From an uncultured Pseudomonadales bacterium (GTDB lineage Bacteria > Patescibacteriota > Microgenomatia > UBA1400 > UBA12028), in the NCBI GenBank assembly GCA_964635905.1, contig CAZWPK010000001.1:4894-68893 (forward strand): a stretch of DNA of 64,000 bases. The letters run 5' to 3'. Each line of letters starts with the position of its first letter. The first letter of the stretch is position 1. This document shows, piece by piece, positions 55,529-64,000 of the stretch. Below the pieces are notes generated by a model that made no database searches, was not told the DNA's origin, and saw only the letters and a program-made list of their open reading frames with translations. Both the position numbers and the translations under genes were made by a program.

Positions 55529-57331
55529 ATGTCGAAAACTCATACAACCCTTCCACTTTCTGCAGTTATTTTTGATCGAACCCAAAAAGGGATTCCCGAT
55601 GTTCCAGTGTTTGCCTCTGCCTTAAAACAGAAGGTCAATACTGCAACCATTCCAACCCCCGCCTTATCACTCGGTGCGCAAGCCATTTTGGCTCGGGCTG
55701 GCCTTGTGGATGCAGTTTCTAACGATTCTACCAACGTACGAATACAGCCTGTGGCAACGATACCAACGGTGGTGTCTACATTGTGTGCAGATCCGGTCAG
55801 AGGGCAGACTACCGGATTTGCACCGAGTGTAGAGCCTGTTTCTGTGCCCAATCAAACTCCTCCAACCGCAATTCCCGCGTTTGTAGAAGTGGTAACTACC
55901 CCTACACCACAAGCTGTCCAGAGCAACGCGACAGTCCCGGTCACACGATCCGCTTTTTTCGCGGAAGACCCAACGCTCGTTCGCTGGAATGCAGGGGATA
56001 CCAATAAACTCCATGAGTATCTGCAAGTGCTAACAAGTGGGGTGGCACAAGAAGTCGAGACCTTTAGTCCTCCCGTGTTCCCACGGATCTCTATTCCTTC
56101 CATGGAATCGGAGTTATTGGCAACAGAGCATCACGCTGGAATTATTGAGCGTGTCATCATCCCGCAAGTTCCGCTTACCGTTGCCGATCGCCTAGAGCCC
56201 GCAACAATCTTCTTGCGTTCACACTTCTGGAAGCTTGTCCGGCAGTTGCATAAACTTTCCGATCATTTGCCAGAACTTCGAGGTGAAGTAGAGACAACTC
56301 TAGCAAGACTCTGGACTCAGCTTCACGCATATCTTGAGACCATCCCAAAGCTTTCGCAGCAGTTTTTCTACACGGTGGGTAAATCCACTTGGGTATGGAC
56401 GCGTGATGCCGCAACGAAAGTAACAGGGAAGCTTGGGGGTGGTGTCCATTCCATCCCACACCCATCGATTCCATCAATCAACATCTCGGAGTGGAAGGAG
56501 GTTGTTGGCTCGAAAGCACGAACACTGATTGTTCCCACTCCAACGCTTACCTTGCCAACCGTTCCAGAATTTCCGGTCAAACTTGGGTCGGTCAAAAGCG
56601 CACTGTTAACGACGCTTGAAGCATTACGAACCCGATTATCAACGGTGATGCATCAGATTCGAACACGCGTTTCGGGGATAAAGCTAGAATCCTTTTCCCA
56701 TCTCTTGAGTCGAACGCTGATCGCAACCTCCCTTGTGATGATGCTGTTGACCGTCGGCCCCATGGTGGCATTGGAAGCAAATTCTTGGAAACAAAAAATT
56801 ATCTATTCGTTGACACCCAAAGCTACGGAGCAGGAGAGTGCACCAGTTCCGTCGGTTACTCCTACACCTAATCCTGAACCGGACAAACAGTTCCAGATTC
56901 TAATACCTAAACTAGGGGTGAATTCCAGAATTATCGCGAATGTTAATCCAGCAGTAGAAAAAGAATACACCCAAGCATTACAGCAAGGTGTTGCTCATGC
57001 AGCGGGGACAGGACTTCCAGGGGAAGAGAACACGCATAACCGTACAATCTTTGTCTTTGGACATTCGACCAATGGAAGTTGGAATGTGGCTCGATATAAT
57101 GCACTCTTCTATTCCTTAAAAGACCTCATTATTGGAGATAGCATCAAAGTTTGGTTCTGGGGCAAAGAATTTGATTACACCGTCAAGGAACGCAAGATTG
57201 TCGAACCTAATGATGTGTCCTTTTTACAGCCTCAGACGGACAAAGAGCGCTTAATCCTCCAGACATGTTGGCCTCCAGGAACCACCTGGAAGCGACTGAT
57301 TGTGGTAGCAGAACCAAGCTCACAAAACTAA
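55529..57331 (+). CDS. sortase-domain protein with a 373-aa N-terminal extension (TM anchor followed by a C-terminal sortase catalytic domain)
   Basis: C-terminal FVFGHSTNGS (His), LILQTCWPP (TLXTC Cys) and WKRL (Arg). TM helix LIATSLVMMLLTVGPMVAL at about residues 385-405. The 373 upstream codons are stop-free in the same frame. An internal ATG at 56648 would give a canonical 227-aa sortase. Confidence 0.65.
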   Translation: MSKTHTTLPLSAVIFDRTQKGIPDVPVFASALKQKVNTATIPTPALSLGAQAILARAGLVDAVSNDSTNVRIQPVATIPTVVSTLCADPVRGQTTGFAPSVEPVSVPNQTPPTAIPAFVEVVTTPTPQAVQSNATVPVTRSAFFAEDPTLVRWNAGDTNKLHEYLQVLTSGVAQEVETFSPPVFPRISIPSMESELLATEHHAGIIERVIIPQVPLTVADRLEPATIFLRSHFWKLVRQLHKLSDHLPELRGEVETTLARLWTQLHAYLETIPKLSQQFFYTVGKSTWVWTRDAATKVTGKLGGGVHSIPHPSIPSINISEWKEVVGSKARTLIVPTPTLTLPTVPEFPVKLGSVKSALLTTLEALRTRLSTVMHQIRTRVSGIKLESFSHLLSRTLIATSLVMMLLTVGPMVALEANSWKQKIIYSLTPKATEQESAPVPSVTPTPNPEPDKQFQILIPKLGVNSRIIANVNPAVEKEYTQALQQGVAHAAGTGLPGEENTHNRTIFVFGHSTNGSWNVARYNALFYSLKDLIIGDSIKVWFWGKEFDYTVKERKIVEPNDVSFLQPQTDKERLILQTCWPPGTTWKRLIVVAEPSSQN

Positions 57332-57383
57332 TCCGCATTGCCATTCTCTTTTTTTTCTACCAAAGCCTTGGTACTATCAACGC

Positions 57384-59912
57384 ATGTCTGATTTCGACAA
57401 AAATGGTGAACTGCATCACAATTCCTCTAATGCCTTGGATCCAAGTTTAGAATCTGTTTACGAACATATCCTGGAACGACAAACTGATGAATCCAGACTG
57501 ACTGCAGGTGACCCCCGTGAGACACTCGTTTTCCCAAAAAGCGAGATGCGTGATTTCCGTTTACGGATGCGAACAAAAGGGATGACGCCGCAAAACTTGG
57601 CATCTGCAACAGCCGCGATGCGGATGAACCTAGAAAATAATGAATCATCCGTTGATCAGCAAGTAGAAGCTTTATATAACGAGAATTCAGTTCCTTTATT
57701 TCTTCGAGAAATTCGAAAAGCTGGTAGCGATCAAGAACTCACTGAACAGATAGCCAAAGAAAAGAAAGAAGCTAAACACGTTCTCCAAGTATTAAATGAA
57801 CGCATGCGAGCATGCGAGGACTGGCTACTTCTCTTGGGAGATACCAGTCCAACATTGAAACGTAGAATTAGTGGGACCGCATTTTTCCCCATGGCAGCTA
57901 CAGGGTTGTTGCGTGACTTTGATGCACTCTGGAACAATTTTTGGAATATTCGATTACGTAGGGGGTTGCCAATTCCAGAAAATCCTCCCGATGAACGACT
58001 TTTGAATCAAGCATCCAGTCATGCATTCCGGTGCGAACATGGAAATGAGGATGTTGAATTCCTCAAAACCTTACGATTTAGAAGACAAAGTGCGATCGAG
58101 TATTATTCGCATATTGAGCAGTTTTTCCAAGATCCTAGGAATAAAGACACAGACACACTTATTGCCGTGTTTCGGGATGATTCACGGTATTTTCGTGTTC
58201 GCTTACCTCGACAGGAATGGTTTGAACAAACTCAAAAAGAAACTGCAGTTCGGGAGATAGAAGGGATCATATTAGGTCTAGAGATACAACAAGCTACAAG
58301 AGTCTCACCTGAGATGCAACGAGAATTAAAATCTGCAACCTATGGGAAACACAAGGAAACTTCTCAGAACCCCTTATTACGAACAATTTTTGGACATGAA
58401 GCAAATGAACAGACGATGGTTTTTTTGGAGCCAGAGAATCTCGTGAATAAACAAACTAAGAAAGTGAAACAATTATCGGATACTGTTAATGATGCTGATT
58501 TCTTTACTGGTGAACATGTAACAAGAGTGGTGAAGCCGTTAATGATCGTCGATGCTCAAACAAGAAAACGCATTATCACTGCAACTGAAGTTGGAGTATC
58601 GCATCGCTTTTGGGATGGGGTTGAATCTCATAAAGGAACCATTGAAGCAACATCTGGCTTGGCAAATCGGTATCGATATGTAGAAGGCGAATCCATTTCG
58701 AATGCTATTCAAATAGATCCCGTTGAAGATGTTCAATTAGAAAACGGACAACTATCACGGGTTCAACTTACAGAAAGATTTGGTCAGCATACGATCTCTC
58801 TAGAACGATATAAAGAAATTCGGGAAAAATTGGATCAGGTTCGACAACTGTATGAAGTTCCACCAAAAGTAAAAGAAGAATTACAGTCAGCATCAAGCTT
58901 TACCTTGCCAGATATCGTTCAACTCGCATGTCACAGCTTGGGAATGGAAGCGGGACAGATGGTGGTGATGCAAAAGAATACGACAGAGTCGTTGTTAGAT
59001 GTGGCGTTTAGTATCGCAAACGACGACCTTTTGATGTTGGCTGAAAAAGTAGCCTCTGGGGCAGCCACGCAGGAGGAACAACATACGTACACAAAAGCAC
59101 TGTTAGGAACTTCTTCCCGATTCATTCGAGAAAAAGCTTGGGCGATGCAGGGGAAAGGAACCGCGTCTTTTTTTGCAACCTTGGCTGGTCAAAAGCGACT
59201 ATTAGAGTGGGTGAGTAAGGTGTTAGGAGGTAAGGTAGTTGGGAAGAGGTATGTCCGTGGCGTAAATAACCAGGACTATATGATTTCGGTTCCCACCAAT
59301 ACAACTTCTTTGTTAGAGAAAAGTACAGTACGTTCCAGAGTGACTAGCTTTTATTCCGCGCAAACAGATTCTCTTGCTATGGACGCCTCTACAGATAGGG
59401 ATGGGATGGGGGCGATTGGTGTCGTCGATTCTCCGGAACAAGGACTGGTGCTCTCACTGCGAACGATGCCGGATCAAAGCTGGATTACTATTCAGGAAAC
59501 AATAACCCAATTATTCCCTGTGAATGAAAAAAATAGAAAGCTCGTTACCGATGCCTATCGTGAACTTATATTTAAAGGCAACAATAAACCCCTCGTTGCT
59601 TTACAAGGAGTCCATGCAGAGCAATTAGTTCGAATTAACTCAGAAATTGAAGAAGCCATTCAGCAGAAAATTGATCGGCAACTGCAAGATCTAGACAAGC
59701 ATCTTGACGTTGTTCTAAATGCCTTAATCAAATTTGCTGCAGATCATAATAAAGACAAAAATAATAAGTTTCTAATTTTTTCTCCCAATGGCGAATTAGA
59801 TGGCTGGCAGCAGCAAATTCAAAATGATGAGCGAAACGGAACGCGAGGGAGAGGAGTAAGAGGAGCATTAGTAGGAGTCTGGGGTTCCATTACCGGACGG
59901 AGAAAAGAATAG
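57384..59912 (+). CDS. large hypothetical protein (842 aa), soluble, no recognisable domain
   Basis: 2.5-kb ORF with an ATG, directly after the sortase gene. Predicted largely alpha-helical and charged. No Walker or catalytic motifs found by eye. Confidence 0.5.
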   Translation: MSDFDKNGELHHNSSNALDPSLESVYEHILERQTDESRLTAGDPRETLVFPKSEMRDFRLRMRTKGMTPQNLASATAAMRMNLENNESSVDQQVEALYNENSVPLFLREIRKAGSDQELTEQIAKEKKEAKHVLQVLNERMRACEDWLLLLGDTSPTLKRRISGTAFFPMAATGLLRDFDALWNNFWNIRLRRGLPIPENPPDERLLNQASSHAFRCEHGNEDVEFLKTLRFRRQSAIEYYSHIEQFFQDPRNKDTDTLIAVFRDDSRYFRVRLPRQEWFEQTQKETAVREIEGIILGLEIQQATRVSPEMQRELKSATYGKHKETSQNPLLRTIFGHEANEQTMVFLEPENLVNKQTKKVKQLSDTVNDADFFTGEHVTRVVKPLMIVDAQTRKRIITATEVGVSHRFWDGVESHKGTIEATSGLANRYRYVEGESISNAIQIDPVEDVQLENGQLSRVQLTERFGQHTISLERYKEIREKLDQVRQLYEVPPKVKEELQSASSFTLPDIVQLACHSLGMEAGQMVVMQKNTTESLLDVAFSIANDDLLMLAEKVASGAATQEEQHTYTKALLGTSSRFIREKAWAMQGKGTASFFATLAGQKRLLEWVSKVLGGKVVGKRYVRGVNNQDYMISVPTNTTSLLEKSTVRSRVTSFYSAQTDSLAMDASTDRDGMGAIGVVDSPEQGLVLSLRTMPDQSWITIQETITQLFPVNEKNRKLVTDAYRELIFKGNNKPLVALQGVHAEQLVRINSEIEEAIQQKIDRQLQDLDKHLDVVLNALIKFAADHNKDKNNKFLIFSPNGELDGWQQQIQNDERNGTRGRGVRGALVGVWGSITGRRKE

Positions 59913-59959
59913 AATTCCTGCCTTGTCTTTTCTTACATTTCTCCATAGAGTGAAACCAT

Positions 59960-62455
59960 ATGGCATATGACGCCACAAACAATCAAGCAACCGAACTGCC
60001 ACAAGTAGAACCGTCATCCGAATCAGAAAAAAAACAGAGTCGAAAGGAACGTTTTTGGGGCTTAATTGATTCGATGCGATCACAAAGAAGTGAGGAACGA
60101 AAAGCAGGTGACGCTATCGGGAACGAGGCTGAGTCAATCCCAGAAGATGTTGAAGTTGAGGTCATGGAATTTCGAAGGAAAGGGAGTAGTGAAAAACGGC
60201 AGCTCAAAGAACGAATCGGGCGCTCTGTTCAACGATTAGGCATCTATGCTGACGCAGGTCAAGCTGCGGTAGGGTTTAATTTAGTTTTGGTTCCTGGATC
60301 AGCCATTGATGCGACGCAATCTCCCGAACGTTTCAAACAGCAAGTGCAGGAAACTCATCCCGGTAAGTTTGATCAGTTACCACCAGAGACGGTAGAAGCA
60401 ATCTATCAGTATCGTAAGGTTGAACATACGATTGCGCTGGCTCAAGTTTTTGATCTGGAAAAATTTGAAAGTTTGGAAGTATCAATCGATCAAGAGTATC
60501 CAGAGAATGCGCTGGTAGAAGATAACCAATTAATTGGTGCAATGGAACATCCCTTACTTTCGGTTAAATTCTCTTTTAAAGAATACATAATGGCTGTAGG
60601 AAAAAGTGCTGGTGTACCTGAGAACAACATTCACATGTGTCTGGAATCGATAAAAAAAGATATCGGTTTGGTAGATATGCCGATACTGATTTCCATGCCC
60701 CTAGATCTATCAAAAGAACAATGGGAAGAGGTAAAAGGTGATCCTCGTGCCTTTTTTGCAGCCAACACCGAGGCGTTTCAACAACAGTTCTCCCAAGCTG
60801 AGACAGTGATTACCGATGTGCTGGGATGGACTAGTACGCTTGCCATGCATCGCAAATTAGATGATCGGGGAATTGATAATGCCCGTCGCAGCTTATCACA
60901 AGTTCCAGTCGGAGAATGGAATAAGGGACGCATGTTTGTCGGTTTTGCCACAGGGGAAATGGATTGGGATAAGAATCGGAGCCCAGCATATGGAGGTGCC
61001 GGGACGCTCGATGTTGCTGTGGCCGTGCAAACAGTCTCAACACTGTTAGGCCTGTATCAACAATCCCCACTGCTGCTTGATAGAAAAAATGCGGCTGCAC
61101 GACCTGGAGAGGAGGTATCCTATACGCTACTTCCACAACGTGACGTTATTGCTAACGGCCACTCGATGGGAGCAGGGCAAGCGCTACAAGGAGATGTGGT
61201 TTTTGGCGACGCCATCAAAGAAGCACGAAAAGAGAGAAAACAAACTCTTAGGGGACAACAGATTAACGTTCCAGCTAGAGTGCGGAGTGTTAGTGCTGTA
61301 CTTCGACATCCCGCGGTGCATCCCGAAGGTGGGAGCGCACACTATTGGGCCGATATCGAAGCGGTCCTCAACTCCAAAGAATCTGCAGGGACTAAGATAG
61401 CGGGTGTTGTCGCCGCATTCTTAACTTCTGGAGGGGCTAATATTTTCGACTCAATTGCAAAAGAAATGGGGATGCGGCTAGATTCGAAGGGTCAACAAAA
61501 GTTATATCAGATGTACAAAAGATATGTAGAAGCGGCGGTTACAAAACTCTTGACGGAACAGTGGTTCTTGCGTGGAGCTGGTAGAGGTGATGAATTATAT
61601 AAGCTGCTTTCTGCTCATGCAGAACAGTTTCAAAAAGATGTGAAACGCGCTACCTGGAATGCGGTAGGTTCTGCACAAGAACCAGAGATCAATCGAAAGA
61701 ATTTTAAGTCCGCAGTAGATGATCCTAATTTTCCCGTCAATGAAGTTATTTTTACTTCCGCAGGAGACAAGATGGCGAGCGCAACCCAACTACTTACTGC
61801 GTTACCCAATAATCGACCAATGTTGATTGCAGAAGGTGGGCATCATCATTCCTGGGCAACGCGGGAGCAGCAGCTTAAACTGAATATGGCCGAACAATTT
61901 TCAAAGCTTCCTCGAGAACTATTTCGTTTTGCCAATACCGATCTACTCAATGAATGGTATCTGGAACAACTTATTATCCCTCCAACAACAATTGCGGATT
62001 TCATAGCTAAAACGATGCCCAAGTTCGGAGGGACCTTGGGTAGTTTATGTGGAATCACTCCCGATGTGGTTCGGAATTACCTTGCATGGCGTTCCACACT
62101 TCATACACAACTGCAGGAAAGTGCGTTAAGCGATGGAAACAAAGATGTTCTCACACAGTTTCTAACGGCAGTGGAACAACGAACGGGAAGAGGAACAAGT
62201 CAAACGGAGGTTCCAACAGCTCTTGCAAAACTGCAAGGGAAGAGCAGTCTTCCAACCTTGTATCCAGATCTACTCGCACAAGTCGCCCCGATTCGTTTCG
62301 GTAAAGATAGGAGCGTGGAAGCCCAAGCCTTACTGCGGCAGCAGTCCATCAACGGATTAGCAGCCCTTGAGACACTCATTGAGTTTTTGGAAGTGAATGG
62401 AAACGACATCAAGTACAATGTGAAACTAGGATCTTCTCCAGCGAGCAGTAACTAG
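59960..62455 (+). CDS. large hypothetical protein (831 aa) with a central GHSMG serine-hydrolase (lipase_3/PGAP1-like) nucleophile-elbow motif
   Basis: ANGHSMGAGQA, encoded at 61157-61171. No signal peptide or TM segment. Lies 47 nt after the preceding large ORF with no intervening terminator. Confidence 0.5.
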   Translation: MAYDATNNQATELPQVEPSSESEKKQSRKERFWGLIDSMRSQRSEERKAGDAIGNEAESIPEDVEVEVMEFRRKGSSEKRQLKERIGRSVQRLGIYADAGQAAVGFNLVLVPGSAIDATQSPERFKQQVQETHPGKFDQLPPETVEAIYQYRKVEHTIALAQVFDLEKFESLEVSIDQEYPENALVEDNQLIGAMEHPLLSVKFSFKEYIMAVGKSAGVPENNIHMCLESIKKDIGLVDMPILISMPLDLSKEQWEEVKGDPRAFFAANTEAFQQQFSQAETVITDVLGWTSTLAMHRKLDDRGIDNARRSLSQVPVGEWNKGRMFVGFATGEMDWDKNRSPAYGGAGTLDVAVAVQTVSTLLGLYQQSPLLLDRKNAAARPGEEVSYTLLPQRDVIANGHSMGAGQALQGDVVFGDAIKEARKERKQTLRGQQINVPARVRSVSAVLRHPAVHPEGGSAHYWADIEAVLNSKESAGTKIAGVVAAFLTSGGANIFDSIAKEMGMRLDSKGQQKLYQMYKRYVEAAVTKLLTEQWFLRGAGRGDELYKLLSAHAEQFQKDVKRATWNAVGSAQEPEINRKNFKSAVDDPNFPVNEVIFTSAGDKMASATQLLTALPNNRPMLIAEGGHHHSWATREQQLKLNMAEQFSKLPRELFRFANTDLLNEWYLEQLIIPPTTIADFIAKTMPKFGGTLGSLCGITPDVVRNYLAWRSTLHTQLQESALSDGNKDVLTQFLTAVEQRTGRGTSQTEVPTALAKLQGKSSLPTLYPDLLAQVAPIRFGKDRSVEAQALLRQQSINGLAALETLIEFLEVNGNDIKYNVKLGSSPASSN

Positions 62456-62485
62456 CTTTGCTAGGATGTTTATCGAGGAGATGGT

Positions 62486-62515
62486 TTGACTTTTGCTGAT
62501 TGTGTGCCATACTAT
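62486..62515 (+). promoter_or_regulatory. candidate promoter for rho (TTGACT-18-TACTAT)
   Basis: TTGACT at 62486-62491 and TACTAT at 62510-62515. Leader of about 120 nt before the rho ATG. Confidence 0.3.
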
Positions 62516-62637
62516 ACAGATCTTCAAAAGAGCCTTAACTCTTGAGTAGAAATTTCACCAACACCACCCGAAATTTGAATAGTACCCAATTTTTTCAATG
62601 TATTTAGTAGCATTTATAATCTCCAAGGAGAGTTCCC

Positions 62638-64000
62638 ATGAGTGACGATACTCAAACCCCAGTAAACGACGCGGTGACCATTGATGACATCATCGGTGCC
62701 CCAAAACCAGCTGCCGTAGCCCCAATAGAATCAAAACCATTGCCACCAGTAGAACCGATTACCCGTTCCACAACCCCCAGAGAATCTCGTGGGCCGGTTC
62801 GAAGATCGTATGATCGCGGACCAAGTAATCGGGGACGCTACCAACGCTCACGTCCTCAAAATCAAGATACCATGATTGAACCAAATGGTCAGTCTGATTA
62901 CAGTCCCAACCGCTTCATTGATCCAAGTAAAGCCATTGAGTTTGGTGGGGAAGTGGATGGACGACTGCTTCCGGATGCCGGCGTGGCGTCAGAGATGATC
63001 AAAGGAATCTTAGATACCGGTACGGAAGGTCACGGTGTGCTTCGTGCCACCTACGGCCCGTCCGATCGCGATGCCTATATTAGTACCTCTCAGATCCGAC
63101 GCTTTGGATTACGCCCGGGAGACATGGTCGAAGGTCCTGCGCGTGCCCCCAAGGAGAACGAACGCTATTGGGGATTATTAAAGGTAGAAATTGTCAATGG
63201 ACTTCCAGCGGCAGAAGTCGGTCCTCGGGTTAAATTTAACAACCTTACCCCAGTCTTTCCCCGCGAACACATTCGCTTAGAAGCGGGAATGGAACCACTT
63301 TCCACTCGTTTGATTGACTTAGTTTCCCCTATTGGTCGTGGACAACGTGGAATGATTGTTTCTCCTCCAAAAGCGGGGAAGACGACCATCATGAAAGAGA
63401 TAGCCACCGGAATTGCCGCCAACTATCCGGATATCCATTTAATGGCAGTTCTCATTGGTGAACGTCCAGAGGAAGTAACTGACATTCGTCGCCATATCGA
63501 TAAGATCACCGCCGGAAAAGGGGAAGTGGCTGCCTCAAATTTCGATGAACCACCAGAGGATCAAGTGCGTGTGGGAGAGCTTGCTATTGAACGTGCCAAG
63601 CGACTCGTTGAAATGGGACAACACGTAGCTATTCTTTTAGATTCGATTACCCGACTTGCCCGTGCCTATAACTTAGCAATTCCAACCTCCGGTCGTACCC
63701 TTTCTGGAGGATTTGATCCTGCCGCATTGCACCCACCCAAGAAGTTCTTTGGAGCCGCGCGTAACTTTGAGGAATTTGACACTCCACAGGGCAAAAAGAA
63801 TGGAAGTTTGACGATTTTGGCTACTGCACTCGTGGATACCGGATCCCGTATGGATGATCTCGTGTATGAAGAATTCAAGGGAACAGGAAACATGGAGCTG
63901 ATTTTGGATCGCGCACTGACCGAGCGTCGCATCTATCCAGCCATCGATATTCAACGATCGGGAACGCGCAACGAAGATCTGCTCTTTACCCAGAGTGATT
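62638..64000 (+). CDS. rho: transcription termination factor Rho (5' portion; the gene continues beyond the window), with an N-terminal Pro/Arg/Gly-rich low-complexity extension
   Basis: AAGGAGAG RBS. Rho N-terminal OB-fold region (SQIRRFGLRPGDMVEG, RYWGLLKVEIVNG). P-loop SPPKAGKTT. RNA-binding Q- and R-loop regions. The ORF is not in the supplied track because it has no in-window stop. Confidence 0.85.
   Translation, partial: MSDDTQTPVNDAVTIDDIIGAPKPAAVAPIESKPLPPVEPITRSTTPRESRGPVRRSYDRGPSNRGRYQRSRPQNQDTMIEPNGQSDYSPNRFIDPSKAIEFGGEVDGRLLPDAGVASEMIKGILDTGTEGHGVLRATYGPSDRDAYISTSQIRRFGLRPGDMVEGPARAPKENERYWGLLKVEIVNGLPAAEVGPRVKFNNLTPVFPREHIRLEAGMEPLSTRLIDLVSPIGRGQRGMIVSPPKAGKTTIMKEIATGIAANYPDIHLMAVLIGERPEEVTDIRRHIDKITAGKGEVAASNFDEPPEDQVRVGELAIERAKRLVEMGQHVAILLDSITRLARAYNLAIPTSGRTLSGGFDPAALHPPKKFFGAARNFEEFDTPQGKKNGSLTILATALVDTGSRMDDLVYEEFKGTGNMELILDRALTERRIYPAIDIQRSGTRNEDLLFTQSD

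Noticed and set aside
55529-56647. Possibility that the sortase N-terminal 373 codons are a separate upstream gene
   Set aside because: There is no stop codon separating them, and the frame is the same as the sortase domain. It is treated as one ORF. The alternative, an internal start at 56648, is noted as a finding rather than a separate gene.
57332-57383. T8 run after the sortase stop, as a possible terminator
   Set aside because: No convincing GC-rich stem precedes the T-run. Read-through into the large unknown genes is more likely.
1-64000. Search for mobile elements: integrase, transposase, terminal inverted repeats, phage structural genes, and tRNA-adjacent islands
   Set aside because: No integrase or transposase motifs were recognised in any ORF. 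No long direct or inverted repeats flank any block. The whole window looks like native chromosome.

Overview
This is a 64-kb chromosomal segment from a bacterium, with moderate GC (mid-40s % by eye), standard genetic code (TGA stops, ATGA start/stop overlaps) and AAGGAG-type ribosome-binding sites. I found about 58 protein-coding genes. I found no rRNA or tRNA genes, no CRISPR array, and no integrase or transposase. All protein-family calls below come from motifs I read in the supplied translations. I ran no database searches.

Content, in order:
- DUF1697 protein
- ABC-F ATPase
- VOC-MFS-VOC trio
- four translationally coupled carotenoid genes, crtYc-crtYd-crtI-crtB, with a heterodimeric lycopene cyclase
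- MGMT
- an OmpR-family response regulator / histidine kinase pair
- zinc-ribbon membrane protein and polytopic membrane protein pair
- RRM RNA-binding protein
- fermentative operon pflB-pflA-(ADP-forming acetyl-CoA synthetase), with a divergent Crp/Fnr regulator and a palindromic Crp-type site
- msrB-msrA
- NUDIX hydrolase
- cytochrome-b5-domain lipoprotein
- several orphan two-component proteins (a PAS kinase and three response regulators)
- SDR oxidoreductase
- RND efflux pair (adaptor and permease, no outer-membrane factor)
- eno, gpmI, a HAD-like hydrolase, alkA-like glycosylase, purB, purA, DedA
- galactofuranose-type glycan locus (GT4 glycosyltransferase, glf, a GH1-like and a beta-propeller glycosidase)
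- lipoprotein, GT-B-like protein and MsbA-like ABC exporter
- two small unknown genes
- radA
- surface-protein locus (Thr/Pro-repeat protein, LPKTG-anchored DUF11/SdrD-like protein, sortase with a 373-aa N-terminal extension)
- two adjacent large proteins (842 and 831 aa) of unknown function, the second carrying a GHSMG serine-hydrolase elbow
- the 5' part of rho, which has an N-terminal low-complexity extension

The most interesting unexplained content is the sortase / large-unknown-protein block at 55.5-62.5 kb. Next are the recurring intergenic motifs: GTGAT-N4-ATCAC at two promoters, and TTCTCACA repeats in two others.

The sortase with LPXTG substrate, and an RND system without an outer-membrane channel gene nearby, are compatible with a monoderm lineage, possibly Chloroflexota-like. 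This inference is weak.
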